DNA of 64,000 nt, taken from positions 166,036,001 through 166,100,000 of the forward strand of contig OX597815.1 in the NCBI GenBank assembly GCA_951406725.2, in the 5' to 3' direction. The position numbers and the translations under genes are program-made. The DNA is from Octopus vulgaris (taxonomy: Eukaryota). This document shows positions 27,356 through 41,418 of the stretch, in pieces. Within the stretch, counting starts at the first letter, position 1. The number at the start of each line of letters is the position of its first letter. The notes below the pieces were generated by a model, which was given only the letters and a program-made list of their open reading frames with translations, made no database searches and had not been told where the DNA came from.

Positions 27356-27408
27356 GAGCTTCTACAGGACTAGAACTGTTTCATTCAAGAGAAATCATCA
27401 GGAAGCTC
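27356..27408 (-). ncRNA. Type I hammerhead ribozyme (Penelope-type)
   Basis: Minus strand GAGCTTC-CTGATGA-tTTC tctt GAAt-GAAAC-AG ttctagtc CT-GTA-GAAGCTC; intact core, 7-bp stem I. Confidence 0.75.
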
Positions 27409-27592
27409 ATACACATATATACACACATGCAATCGATGGATTATATGTTCAGGTATAAATTTGTGATACATAGAAACGCGTATGTGTGTGTATATATTTG
27501 TTTTTCTCTCCTTTTATATCCGCCACTAAAGTTTTCTCTGGTGCTGCGTATCTCAAAGAAGTGAATATGTACACGCACGGTATTGATTCCGC

Positions 27593-27670
<78 letters not shown>

Positions 27671-27732
27671 AAACAAGTCAAAAATAGAAAATGCTAAAAT
27701 AATTTTATAGTGAACATTTCAGTACCGGTTTC

Positions 27733-27780
<48 letters not shown>

Positions 27781-27794
27781 TATATATGTATATT

Positions 27795-27865
<71 letters not shown>

Positions 27866-28766
27866 TATGTATGTATGTATGTATGTATATATATATATAT
27901 GTATGTATGTATGTATATATATATATACACATATAATATATATATGTATGTATGTGTTCATATACATATATATAGTTGTGTGTGTGTGTATATATATAAA
28001 TACATACACATACACACACACACACACATATATGTATATAAATACATTACTCAATTGCAGTTACATATTGGTTATATAATGTGCATAGGTATGTATATAT
28101 GTGCATATGTGCGTGTATGTATATTTGCTGTGTGTTCATGTAAGTATATGTTTTCTGTGTGTGTGTGTATATGGTTTCTGTGTGTGTGTGTGTGTGTATG
28201 TGTGTGTTATAGTTGAACATCGGGAATTTCTCTGACGAGAGGAGGAGAGGAAAACAGAGAGAAAGGGGAAATGGTAGAGAGGGGGAGTGGGAAAGAGAGT
28301 AATAGAGAAAGAAATATATATATATAGAGAGAGAGAGGCAGTAGAGTAGAAAATGTAGAAAGTTTGAAGTTAGAAAAAGAGAGGGACCGAAAATAAGATT
28401 TTTTTGAGAAGGATAAGAAGGAAAAAGGAAATAAAAACAGAGTGTGAGAAAACAGGGAAGGAAAAGAAATCGACGGAAGGAAAAAAGGCATTGAAAGGAA
28501 AAGTGTAGACGAGTGAGAGATATGCAAAACGTAGGGAGAGAGAGAGAGAGAGAGAGTTATATACAGGAATATGAACAGAAAGACAGGGGGAGATAAATGT
28601 AAGAGGAATGTTCGAAATAATGTGTGAAAGCGAGGGAAAATTTTACAAAGTAAATAAAGAGGGGGGAAATGGTAAATGTGAGTGAGTGAGTGAATGAGTG
28701 AGTGAGTGAGGGTGTGAGTGAGTGAGTGAGTGAGTGAGAATATAATGTATAATGGGGATGTAATAG

Positions 28767-29312
<546 letters not shown>

Positions 29313-29959
29313 AGTTTGAGTTAGTCATCAGTTCTGAGAAAGTTGACACCTAAGTGCGTTGCGTCGTATTGGACAGTGAACGACTTGTTGAAATTATAAG
29401 GCTGGAGCTGCAACAGACAGCATTTTACTTGCTGCTTATTGCACTGATGGTCTTGTCACTGCTGCATCTGTTGATGTTCTTGTCGTTGTAGCTGCTGCTG
29501 TTGTCGCTGCAGTTGCTGCTGTAACTACAGCTGTTGTTGTTGTTGTTGTTGCCCTACCAACGTCGTTATTGTCGTTAATATTTTAACGGCAACCAACAGA
29601 AAAGATGTCGTTTTGTCGTTTAAGCCTCAAGCTATCTTTTAAACGTGCTGATCTTTGATCAAAACCCTCCTTGTATTTTCGCATAACCTGGACTTGCATT
29701 GCCTTCTTTAAAACATGAACGTAGTAGAGTGTAAATCCAAAGAAGTTTGGTTGCTATTTCTAGTATTTTAAGTGACCATGTATAGTTCCATTCGTTGACT
29801 CAATTGCAGAAGTGTTTGCCATGTTAGTGCAATAGTAATGATTTAACTAATTGTTAAGTATCTAATATTAGAGACTGCAACCCTAGTTCCAATTCTTAAC
29901 CTCTACCTATTACTTATTCTTCCTATTCTATTATTCAAGAATTCCGTTATCAGTACCAG

Positions 29960-30200
29960 CCAGAGGCTGCGGCCATACTGGGGTATTGTCATCAACGTCA
30001 ATGCTTTCTTGTTTTTAAACTCATTTCCCTGTCCTGTCCCTGGAATTGGCACTGGTAAAGTAGTGAGTTGAACAGAACTACCCTTCTCTGCGTTTCTTGC
30101 CGCAATTGCTCTTTGAACACATCTACATCAGCATGTCGTAAATCTTGGAGGCCTTTTGGGAAGGTCTTCAAAATTTTGTTGGTCTTTGACACCTAAGCTG
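29960..30200 (-). pseudogene. CR1/L2-type LINE 3' fragment
   Basis: PKGLQDLRHADVDVFKEQL...NSLLYQ resembles a LINE ORF2 C-terminus. Confidence 0.5.
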
Positions 30201-30274
30201 TTAGAATATTGGGTTTTTACTCTGGACAGAGAAGGTGAGACCTTTAATACGATGCAGCACTTAAAAAAATATTT

Positions 30275-30493
30275 TCACTTGTTTCAGTCACTAGACTGAA
30301 ATTCCTCATTCCTTGAGGAATTTTAGTCGAACTAATCGACCCCAGAACTTATTTTCTTTTTAAGCCTGATACTTATATTCTACCGGTCTCTTTCACCGAA
30401 CCGTTAAGTTACGGGGAGTAAACATACCAACACCCGTTGTGATGTAGTGGTGGGGGGTAAACACAGACACAAAAACACAACTCACTTCATTCC

Positions 30494-30548
<55 letters not shown>

Positions 30549-30705
30549 TATATATACATAGTGGCCCTCTATAAAATCCACTCACAAGGAGTTTGGTCGG
30601 CCAGAGGCTATAATAGAAGACACTTTCCCAAGGTGCCACGCAATGGGACTGAACTTTGAAACATGTGGTTGGGAAGCAAACTGCTTACCACGCAGCCATG
30701 CCTGT
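30275..30705 (-). mobile_element. SINE family A
   Basis: Reverse complement of the family (aaatccactcacaagg, cccaaggtgccacgca). Confidence 0.85.
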
Positions 30706-31009
30706 GTGAAAAAGTAATGCCACTCAACCTCGCTTCCCTTCCCTTGAACATCTGAGACTTTTTGCGTTGATATATCAAATCACTTAAAGGGACCTTGCAG
30801 GCAGAATTGTTACCACACCGAACAAAATGCTTAGCAGTATTTCTTCCGGCTTTTTATATTCTGCTGAGGGCGACTTTGCCTTTCAGCCTTGCGGGGTCGA
30901 TAAAACAAGAGACTGTCATATACCGGCGTCGATCGAATCGACTTTTCTCTTTCCCTCAAAATTACAGGCCTAGTGCCAAAATTAGAAAGAGTATATTAGA
31001 TCACTTTGT

Positions 31010-31925
31010 TCTTTTTTAAACTCTAGTCAATCCTGATTAACTGAGTAGAACCAGGATCAGTAGAAAATTCAGCCGGAACCTCCCTATATATTTCCCGGGC
31101 TATGTCTGTTAAGGTTTGGTTTGGGTTTAAAAGTTCAAAGCGGACTAAATCTTTCATATCCCACCAAACAGATAACAACATCTTGCGCGGTTGAAGACCT
31201 TCCTTAGCCTTGGGTACCGGTGTTTCTCCTTTTCCTAATCACTGTCTTCGGAGCTTGACATTTTTATAGAGAACCCATTTCTCGTCATCAATCACTATTC
31301 GGTTAAAAAAAAAGTTCATTAGTGAGACGTAACAGCAAAGAAGAGCACACATTCCTTCTCTGCACGTGATTAGACTAGGAAAGCTTGTGAGGAAACCATT
31401 GATCCAATTTTCTGACTTTTCGATGGCATGCAAGTGTCGATGAATGGTTGAATGACCAAATCCAAGCTTCTCTGCTAGTTCCTCAGCAGTTACAATGGGA
31501 TTGTGTTCCACCACGACCTGCAGTACGTTCTCGTTGAGCTCTACTGATCTTCCAGGACGAAGCTCGTCTTCTAGGCTGTAGTTTTGGGCTCAGAATTTCT
31601 GGAACCACCGTTGACACTGGTTTATGCTTATTGTCCTATTCCCTTATACTTCATTGATATTCCCGGCACTTTCCATTGCGTTGTTGCCTTTCTTGAACTC
31701 ATAAAGCAAAATATGTTGAACATGCTCCATTCTCACCTCCATTATAGCTTTGAAAAAGTAACTGTTAAAATCGAACTGAACTCTTCAAATGTAGCACTAA
31801 CAATAAGTACAAGGTAAAATTACTACCTGCTTTTATAGCAAGTTGATGCAGGTAGTTTATCCCTTTTCTCTCCGACTTTGAATTCATGCAATTGAAAAAA
31901 CCGCATAATTTATTGGATGAACCTA
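31010..31925 (-). mobile_element. Second mariner, decayed 5' half
   Basis: ELAEKLGFGHSTIHRHL (HTH), RIVIDDEKWVLY; one TIR-like end ccgcataatttattggatgaaccta+TA. Confidence 0.85.
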
Positions 31926-32887
31926 TATGTATATATATATAGAGAGAGGGCTTCTAGTTTCATCAAATCTGCTCCCACTATCCTTACTCCAACGCCGTTC
32001 GGCTATTGTGTAGAAAAAAAAGAGGGGAAGGAAGAGTTGGATCAAAGAGAAACCAGCCAATGGTATGAGTTTATTTAGGGTGGAGATCTCCTTGCCAAGG
32101 GGTCTCCACTCACTATGGCTCTAAATCCTTCTGCCGCGGCCCTACCTAAAGTGACATGCGAGGTCTGGAAGATGGGTTGCAGCGGAATGCCGCTAGCTCC
32201 AATGTCATTAGAGTTGTGTCTTTCTATCCAATCCGTCTGGCATTGCCCTCTTCCGTTAAGGTCAGTTGTTGAGGTCGGAGATCTAGCTTCCTCCGCTTGA
32301 TCCACCGTTGGGGTTTTAGTTTGGTGGTGTGATGAGAGGCAAGGACAGCGCTCTTGTGCCCTTGTTTGAACAGATCTTGTTTTTAGTTCTGATGGGTGCT
32401 CTCACACCATCCTCCAAGATCCAGCAAGGGGAGCCGGTTTAGTCGCCGACGACCCGACCATGGCTGAGAGGAGCGGGAGTACATGGTTATCGGTTGTTTC
32501 CAAGAAAGACCTCAGCACCTACACAACAGCCGTACATGGGTAGTAATCGGTTTCTTGTGTGATTTTTTTCCTTTGAGCTTTCACATCCTGAGTACTCCTG
32601 GGTCAAGTAACGTCAAGAATACGAGATTGACAGAATGTATATATCTGCTTGTGATTACAAAAGCATTTAAAACAACTAACGAAAGCATAGTGCTTTTATC
32701 AAGCCAAATTCACTCGCGAGTGACAGCTGGCTGGTTGTACTGTCAAGTCACATTGAAACCCTTTCTATTTTCTCTATTTCGTCAGAGTATCCACTTGTAT
32801 TCGACTTTCAGTTATATACCGTCGTCACAAGGCTATGTCTTGGAAGCATTAGCCAGAGCTATTTGCTGAATGTGTATGTGTGTGTGA

Positions 32888-32935
<48 letters not shown>

Positions 32936-33839
32936 TAAATGTGTGCTAGTGTGTGAAATGTTATAAATGCGAAAAAAAGAACAGGAACAGAACGCGAAGA
33001 ACAATAAAATGCTTCTAATTAAGTAAAACACTAGAGCAATAATAATGTTAACAAGAACAGCAGCTACATTGAATGCTTCCAACAGGAAGCCTCATTGCTA
33101 GACACCTTCAAAGAAAAATCGCCATTATCAACGAGTAAGGAAATGATCGTAGATTTGAAGGTTTAAATATTTCTTTTCTTTTCTTTTTTTAACCATTTCT
33201 AGTAAATCATTTAAAATACTGTCTCGCAGGTTAATAAGGTATGCAATGCTTTCTGTCCGACTCATTCGTTCCTTTCATATCTCGGTTGTGCTAATCAGCA
33301 ATCAGAAATGATGGAAAAGATGAAAATCTCACTTAAAGCAGACGATTTCCGGTCAACCTCGTTATCGCGCCATCAAGATAAGAAGTACTTCTATTTCAAA
33401 GCACTTTAAGCATTATATGTTTTTATCATATTTTTATGATTTTCTTGTTGTTGTTTGTGGTAATGGTGGTGCTCTCGTTGTCATCATTGTCGTCGTTGTT
33501 GCTGTCATTGTCATCGTTGTCGTCGTCTTTGTCATCGTTACTCTTGCGGCCATTATGCTGATAATGATGGCCGCTACCGATGTTATTGTTTTGCCATAAA
33601 TTAACATTGACTGAAGAGAGCAATGAATAAAAAAAAAGTCCAGCTGTGATCATTCCATCATTTTTTTTTTTGCATATTTGTCACATGTACAGTCTAATGT
33701 AGTCTTTTTTTTTTTTAACGATTAGCTGAATGTGGTTCACAGCGAGATTTGACTGCTTTTCTCCAATGACGAATGATTGCGCAAAGGCTTCTGCTGTATC
33801 TGTTTATGGCGATGATGCCGATGACGTTGTCATCTATGG

Positions 33840-34419
33840 CAATGTTCTGGAACCAGTAGGCCGCGGTACACTGGCGTGCCACGAGATTATGCTAGGTGTG
33901 CCACAGTGTAACCTGAATATAATTTTTTCCCTTATACATCTCTCTATATATAAAGCTGAAGTTGTCTATGTATGGCAGGTTTGGTAGCCTTCAACTAACA
34001 CTATCACCTCCGAGACCCTGCGGCGCAAGTTGACCAAAATTGAGAGTATGATAGAAGAAGGCTTACTCTTCCTTCGGTAGAGCAAAAAATTCAAATCGAA
34101 CCATGTTAACATCAAAAATTATTTATATCAAAAAGGTGCTTTTTTTTTCTATGAAAATCCCTATTTTTTACGATTTTTTGACTGCTGTGTCGCCATTTTT
34201 CGGTGTATTTCAACCAGAAAAATGTTCACTTAAAGAGAATAATAAGCTACATAATGCGAAATTTTTACTTTTCAAAAATTCTAATTCTAAAGGGTCGAAA
34301 CAAACCTGAGCAACGCCGGGCGATACTGCTAGTTTAGTTATATTTTTAGTTCAGGTGTGCCGCCGAATTTTGAAAAGATTTTAAGTGTACTGCAAGTGAA
34401 AAAAGTTTGCGGAGCACAG
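33840..34419. mobile_element. hAT/Charlie-like MITE split by a Helitron
   Basis: 8-bp TSD atctatgg (33832-33839) / atctatga (34420-34427); degenerate ends caatgttct.../...gagcacag; internal ggtgtgcc motifs. Confidence 0.6.
33939..34332 (+). mobile_element. Non-autonomous Helitron, subfamily 2
   Basis: A^TC start, hairpin and CTAG^T end; paralogues at 39751 and 49068. Confidence 0.88.
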
Positions 34420-34680
34420 ATCTATGAGGATATTCGTTGCGACTTATTTGCTCTCATTAGTCGGAGACAGTAAAAAAATCGGTCTCAACATGACTGACGA
34501 GATAGATTCGTTTGATGAGCCTACGAAATTTTAAGTTGCATAGGGACAAGTCAAATTGTTACTAAATAATATCAGTAACTGGTACCAACAGTGTTGAGTG
34601 TCATTTACATTTGTTTGTCCGCTCATTCGTGTGTGTGTGTGTGTATGTATATGTGTGTGTGTGTGTATAAATATTTCGTA

Positions 34681-34930
34681 AAGGACCCGTTCGACCCTCG
34701 ATGTGAAATAATTGTTTTCCACAAGTTTTTTCGAGTGCATCCAACGCATCTGACCTCCAAACCAGTCACATACCACTTTTTTTCCGGAAAATAAACGGCA
34801 AGGAGGAGTGGTGGGGACTTCGGAGTTTCCCCACCAGCGGAGTTTTGTTTCGCGGGGTTTTTTTCTTTTCTAAATTATTTCGCATGGCTTCAACGAATGG
34901 AACATTGAAATCACGCGTAAACGGTTCCTT
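34681..34930. mobile_element. Possible MITE with degenerate TIRs
   Basis: aaggacccgtt.../...aacggttcctt; internal hairpin tggtgggga..tccccacca; no clear TSD. Confidence 0.35.
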
Positions 34931-35041
34931 TCCTCAGAAAGGAAAAAAATTGGCTGCTATTTCTAGCACACTCTGCTACCACATAACTATTTCGTGGGAT
35001 GGGACCCAGACAAAACACTCGGTGGGATTTGTCCTACACTC

Positions 35042-35090
<49 letters not shown>

Positions 35091-35097
35091 ATATATA

Positions 35098-35133
<36 letters not shown>

Positions 35134-35365
35134 TGTATGTATGTATGTATGTATGTATGTATGTATGTATGTATGTGTATATATATCACCGGCGGGTTAA
35201 CTTGGGATTCCTTAACGACAATGTAACCTTAATTTAACTAAGGTATCTTCGGCCTCGTGAGTAGCTGGTGGAGTACCTCTCGTTGAGTAATTATTTATTT
35301 TGAGGTTCTGCTTTCTAGGAAACTTATGTAGTGTGGACATTACCGCCTCCATTCCCTCAATTTGA

Positions 35366-35443
<78 letters not shown>

Positions 35444-35627
35444 ATATATATATATATATATTCTAGGGACCAGTTCAAAAAGAAGCTGTCTGTCTGGTCC
35501 CTTATATTAAGTACTCAAATATAAATCTGAGAGTGAAGAAAGAATGTTCTAGATTAGCCATAAGCGAAACAGAATACATATTTTGACTAACGATAATGGA
35601 TTAAATATCTATACATGTATATATGCA

Positions 35628-35699
<72 letters not shown>

Positions 35700-35703
<4 letters not shown>

Positions 35704-36094
35704 GTAAGTAGCTTGCTAACCAACCACATGGTTCTGGGTTCAGTCCCACTGCGTGGCATCTTGGGCAAGTGTCTTCTGCTATAGCCCCGGACCGACCAAT
35801 GCCTTGTGAGTGGATTTGGTAGACGGAAACTGAAAGAAGCCTGTCGTATATATGTATATATATATATGTATGTGTGTGTGTTTGTGTGTCTGTGTTTGTT
35901 CCCCTAGCATTGCTTGACAACCGATGCTGGTGTGTTTACGTCCCCGTCACTTAGCGGTTCGGCAGAAAGAGACCGATAGAATAAGTACTGGGCTTACAAA
36001 AAGAATAAGTCCCGAGGTCGAGTTGCTCGACTAAAGGCGGTGCTCCAGCATGGCCGCAGTCAAATGACTGAAACAAGTAAAAGAGAGTAAAGAG
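35700..36094 (+). mobile_element. SINE family A
   Basis: Very similar to 21951-22343. Confidence 0.9.
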
Positions 36095-36737
36095 TATATA
36101 TATGTCTGGAGGTACGTGGAGTCATGTGTGTGTATATGTGTGTGATGTGTATGTATGTGCATGTAATGTGTATGTGTGTAGCTTTGTGTTTGTGTTTGTC
36201 CCTACCACTACGACACAGCCGGTGTTGGTTCGTACATCCCCGTAATCTGGAGGTTCGGCTTAAAAGAATGGTAGAGTATTTACCAGACTTAAAAAAGAAA
36301 AATCAGTACTGGAATTGATTTCTTCGACTAAACCCTTCAAGGTGGTGCTCCAATATGGCTGCAGTCCAATGACTGAAAGAATTAGAAGGCAAAAGACGAA
36401 ATTTAGAGATGCATCATCCAGTACACGCATACATTATATGGCGTGCTAACAATGAATTTAGATAAATTCATGCCGTTGGCCCACTCCAGTTGCTTCCCTT
36501 GGCTCTTTTTATATTTATATTTTTTTTTAATTATAGAGACAGAATTAGCTGTGTAGGAACTGATGTGACAGATGTAGAGAAAGGTCAGGTTGGTAAACGG
36601 CGACCCGTCATGGGATCGAGTTAGTGCAATCATCGGTGTCAATACACACACACATACACATTCATGCACACAGATATGTATCTCTGTGTATGTGTGTGTG
36701 TGTGCATCTATATATATGTGTGTGTGTATGTATATAT

Positions 36738-36934
<197 letters not shown>

Positions 36935-37057
36935 TTTCTTCCAAACAAGTATGTACACTGAACTCTTTTCGCCCATCAAAGTGGTATTTGGAGAACTGTC
37001 AAATGCTGAAGCCAGCTAATTAGATGGTGTATGTTTGTGCGCCGTTTTTGTATGTTA

Positions 37058-37139
<82 letters not shown>

Positions 37140-37145
37140 AATACG

Positions 37146-37248
<103 letters not shown>

Positions 37249-37616
37249 CGGTATACAGGAATACATAAATACATAGATACATGCATTCATATACACTCAC
37301 ATGCGTATGTATAGATATATGTCTATGTATGGGTATACAGAAAAACGTATATGGGATGTACACACACAAACACGCATACACACATGTATGGATGTACGTA
37401 CAGACATACATAGATTTAGATAAATATATGTATAGATATGTATGCGTATTTGTGCGTGTGTGTGATATGTAAGTATGTATGCATAGACATGTCTATGTGT
37501 GTATACACACACACACTTATATCGCTTATATATATGTGTATATATGTGTGTGTGCGTGCGTGTGTCTATGCGTGTATACACACACACACTTACATATATG
37601 TAACGAGCAGGATTCG

Positions 37617-37654
<38 letters not shown>

Positions 37655-37896
37655 AGAATTCACACACAAAAAAAAAAAACAAAGGACGAAGACAGGTAGT
37701 GTAGACAACAAACATGTATTAGTATAACGCACGGGAAGTGAAAAAGTCTTTAACGTTTCGAGCCTACGCTCTTCCACGGGAAGTAACACAGAAAGAAACA
37801 AGGGGAGAAAATAATATGTATATATGTTTGTTTGTATGTATGTATGTATGTATGTATGTATGTATGTATGTATGTATGTATGTATGTATGTATGTA

Positions 37897-37933
<37 letters not shown>

Positions 37934-38278
37934 ATGTATGTATGTATGTATGTATGTATGTATACAGATTCAGCTGAATAAGGCGCTTAAATAGTAAGGC
38001 ACTGGGTCAGGTCAACATTAAAATGCATACACAGCAATTATAGACGAATACAAACATTGGCACCGGAGTACAGGAAGATAGATATTCCGGTTATGTATAC
38101 AATTAATTGAACCCAACTGACTAAATCATCAGCCCTTGGGCCAATTCAGAAACGCACATATTGTATTAAATATACGGTCCATATTATACTTCGGAACACG
38201 CGAGAAACTGGTTACGAGATAGGTGACACATAAATAGATAAATAACAAAAGATGGATAGGTGTCAATTCCTGAATCAA

Positions 38279-38515
38279 TACCTTATTTCTTTACTGCCCA
38301 CAAGCGGCTACACAAAGGGGACAAACAAGTACAGACAAACTGATTAAATCAATTACATCGACCCCAGTGCATAACTGATACCTAATTTATCGACCCCGAA
38401 AGGATGAAAGGCAAAGTCGACCTCGGCGGAATTTGAACTCAGAACGTAGCGGCAGACGAAATACTGCTAAGCATTTCGCTCGGTATGCTAACGTTTCTGC
38501 CAGCTCGTCGCCTTA
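38279..38515 (-). mobile_element. SINE family B
   Basis: Reverse complement of the 19242-19466 type. Confidence 0.88.
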
Positions 38516-39269
38516 AATTAATACCTATCCATCGTTTGTTTTATATATATACTAGAGCAACGTAAAATAAAGTATCTTACTCAAGGACACAACGCACCTC
38601 CGGGAATCGAACGCACCACCTGACTATCCTGAGCCGAATACCTTAACCACTAAACCACGCACCTTCATTTATAAACACGTGCGCACACAGACGCACATGC
38701 ATGTATATACGCGCGCACATACACTTACATACACATATATTTATTTGTATACAAGGATGTCCCTTGTGAATTACGGGTACAGCTCACTTTTGCCAGCTGA
38801 GTGGACTGGAGGGGTACCGTGTAACAACGCGCTGCAGGTTTTCGAACTCACGATTGTGAGCCAAATACCCTAACCTCTAAGCCACGCACCAGCAGACAAT
38901 TGCATAATCTATTATTACACAGATAACCAAATACGTACATACACTTTCAAACACAGTCACATATTGTTACGTGCACATACACTCTATTCGTTTTATACAT
39001 ACACACATAGGCGCAGGAGTGTCTGTGTGGTAAGTAGCTTGCTTACCAACGACACTGTTCCGGGTTCAGTCCCACTGCGTGGGATCGATTTGATCGACTA
39101 AAGGCGGTGCTCCAGCATGGCCGCAGTCAAATGACTGAAACAAATAAAAGAATAACATACATACATATAGAAACACACACACACATACACACAAGCACAA
39201 TTATCAGCAGACAATTAAAGTCTTATATTGTTACACAAACGTACACAGATACCAACTCACACACACACG

Positions 39270-39319
<50 letters not shown>

Positions 39320-39327
<8 letters not shown>

Positions 39328-39412
39328 CTCACACAGTTACGCGCACAGACATAAGCACAGTCCAACACAGGTACGCGCAGGCATACACATGCACACACAC
39401 ACATACATGCAC

Positions 39413-39459
<47 letters not shown>

Positions 39460-39545
39460 CTCACACAGTTACGCGCACAGACATAAGCACAGTCCAACAC
39501 AGGTACGCGCAGGCATACACATGCACACACACACATACATGCATG

Positions 39546-39587
<42 letters not shown>

Positions 39588-39610
39588 GTGTCTCATACAG
39601 TTACGCACAC
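39320..39610. repeat. Tandem duplication (~132-bp unit) within a (CA)n tract
   Basis: cagagtctcacacagttacgcgcacagacataagcacagtccaacacaggtacgcgcaggc twice plus a partial third. Confidence 0.9.
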
Positions 39611-39750
39611 TCACAAACACATAGTTTCATACAGTTACGCTTACACACACAAGCACACCCAAGCCCACAGTGTCATACATTTACACGCACGCATACACGC
39701 ACATACACCGATACCAGCAGACAATCAGTCATATTTATTTTTATTAATTA

Positions 39751-40127
39751 CTAGCAGTATCGCCCGGCGTTGCTCGGGTTTGTTTCGACCCTTTAGAATT
39801 GGAATTTTTGAAAAGTAAAAATTTTGCATTCTCTTTAACTGAACATTTTTCCTGGTTAAAATACACCAAAAAATGGCAACACAGCAGTCAAAAAATCGTA
39901 AAAATAGGTATTTTCATATAAAAAAAGCACCTTTTTGATGTAAATAATTTTTAGTGTTAACATGTTCCGATTTGAATTTTTTCTTCTTCGGAAGGAAGAG
40001 CAAGCCTTCTTCTATCATACTCTCAAATGTGGTCCATTTGCGCCGCAGGGTCTCGGAGGAGATAGTGTTAGTTGAAGGCTACCAAACCTGTCATACACAG
40101 ACAACTTCAGCTTTATATAGAGAGAGA
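39751..40127 (-). mobile_element. Non-autonomous Helitron, subfamily 2
   Basis: Reverse complement of 33939-34332. Confidence 0.88.
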
Positions 40128-40226
40128 TATTTTGGAACGCTAAAATCTTTGTAGGGCTAGTCGAGGGAAGAAGAAGGGTGACTATAGTGACTATAGCAGA
40201 CTGACATGTCAGTCTTACCAAACTAA

Positions 40227-40731
40227 CTCAGTGGTTAGAGCGTCGAGCTTACGATCGTGAGGTGAGTTCGAATCCCAGACCTCGCTGCGTATTGTGTTCT
40301 GGAGCAAGACACTTTATTTCACGTTGCTCCTGTTTACTCAGCTATAGAAATGAGTTGCAATGTCACTGGTGCCAAGCTGTATCGGCCGTTGCCTTTCTCT
40401 TGGATGACATTGGTGGCGTGGAGAGGGGAGGCTGGTATATATGGGCGACTGCTGGGCTTCCATAAACAACCTTGCCCGGACTTGTGCCTGGGAGTGTAAC
40501 TTTCTAGGTGCAATCTCACGGTCAATCATGACCGAAGGGTGTCTCAGCATATATACATGCATACATACATGCATACATACATACATACATACATACATAC
40601 ATACATACATACATACATACATACATACATCCCAGGCACAAGTCCGGGCAAGGTTTTTTATGGAAGACCAGCAGGAGAGTAACTTTCTAGGTTCAATCCC
40701 ACGATCAGTCATGACCGAAGGGGGTTTCAGC
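40227..40731 (+). mobile_element. SINE family C plus a second, partly inverted tail fragment
   Basis: 40227-40550 is homologous to 9110-9440; 40630-40731 repeats the tail. Confidence 0.85.
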
Positions 40732-40748
40732 ATATATATATATATATA

Positions 40749-41326
40749 TATACGTAAATATAAGAGAGTGACCACTATGTGGTCGACTCTAGCACTAAAA
40801 ATAGATCCGCTACGGTTTCAGCCACGAAGAATTGTTTCCGATGAAAGTTAGCACAACTATTAGCGTAAACAAACAGGGCAAATAAAAAATAACAAAAATG
40901 CAGATTAATTCAGGACAATTGTTTCGCTATTAATAAATTATGTAATTTTACTCACATAATATCTCTGTAGCTCCTCAGCTGAATTTGTCTAGAGTACAAT
41001 TTACTCAACCGCATGCCAGATTTTACCATAACGATAAACACACATGCGGTTCAGTCGATTGCATTCGCCGTTATAATTCAAGTGCCCCCGCCAAATCCCG
41101 CCAAAATTCACGGAAACAGATACTACATCAAAAATTAAATGCAGTATAATTACAATCAACTAATAAGGGTGAGAAAATTGGATACTAATTTAATAGTACC
41201 ATCAATTTAACACTAAGTGGCTTAGTGCATAAAAACCAGGAATACAATAAATTTTATACGTAAATATAAGTGAGTGACCACTATGTGGTCGACTCTAGCA
41301 CTAAAAATAGATCCGCTACGGTTTCA
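40749..41326 (-). mobile_element. Penelope/retrozyme-like non-coding unit with 72-bp direct terminal repeats (period 506 bp)
   Basis: 40749-40820 equals 41255-41326 (1 mismatch); internal hammerhead. Confidence 0.7.
40907..40985 (-). ncRNA. Type I hammerhead ribozyme, intact core
   Basis: Minus strand AATTCAG-CTGAGGA-GCTA..(attatgt/acataat extension)..TAGC-GAAAC-AATT-GTC-CTGAATT. Confidence 0.85.
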
Positions 41327-41332
41327 TTCTTT

Positions 41333-41366
<34 letters not shown>

Positions 41367-41374
41367 TGTATGTA

Positions 41375-41418
<44 letters not shown>

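Noticed and set aside
29437-29460. TATTGCACT, a miR-92-like 5' sequence
   Set aside because: The match stops after ~9 nt and I found no convincing precursor hairpin
29440-29550. Minus-strand poly-Q-like coding exon
   Set aside because: In-frame stops in the Q frame and no splice signals
32040-32600. GC-richer segment as a host exon or RLE-LINE end
   Set aside because: No recognisable motif or clean splice sites; left unassigned
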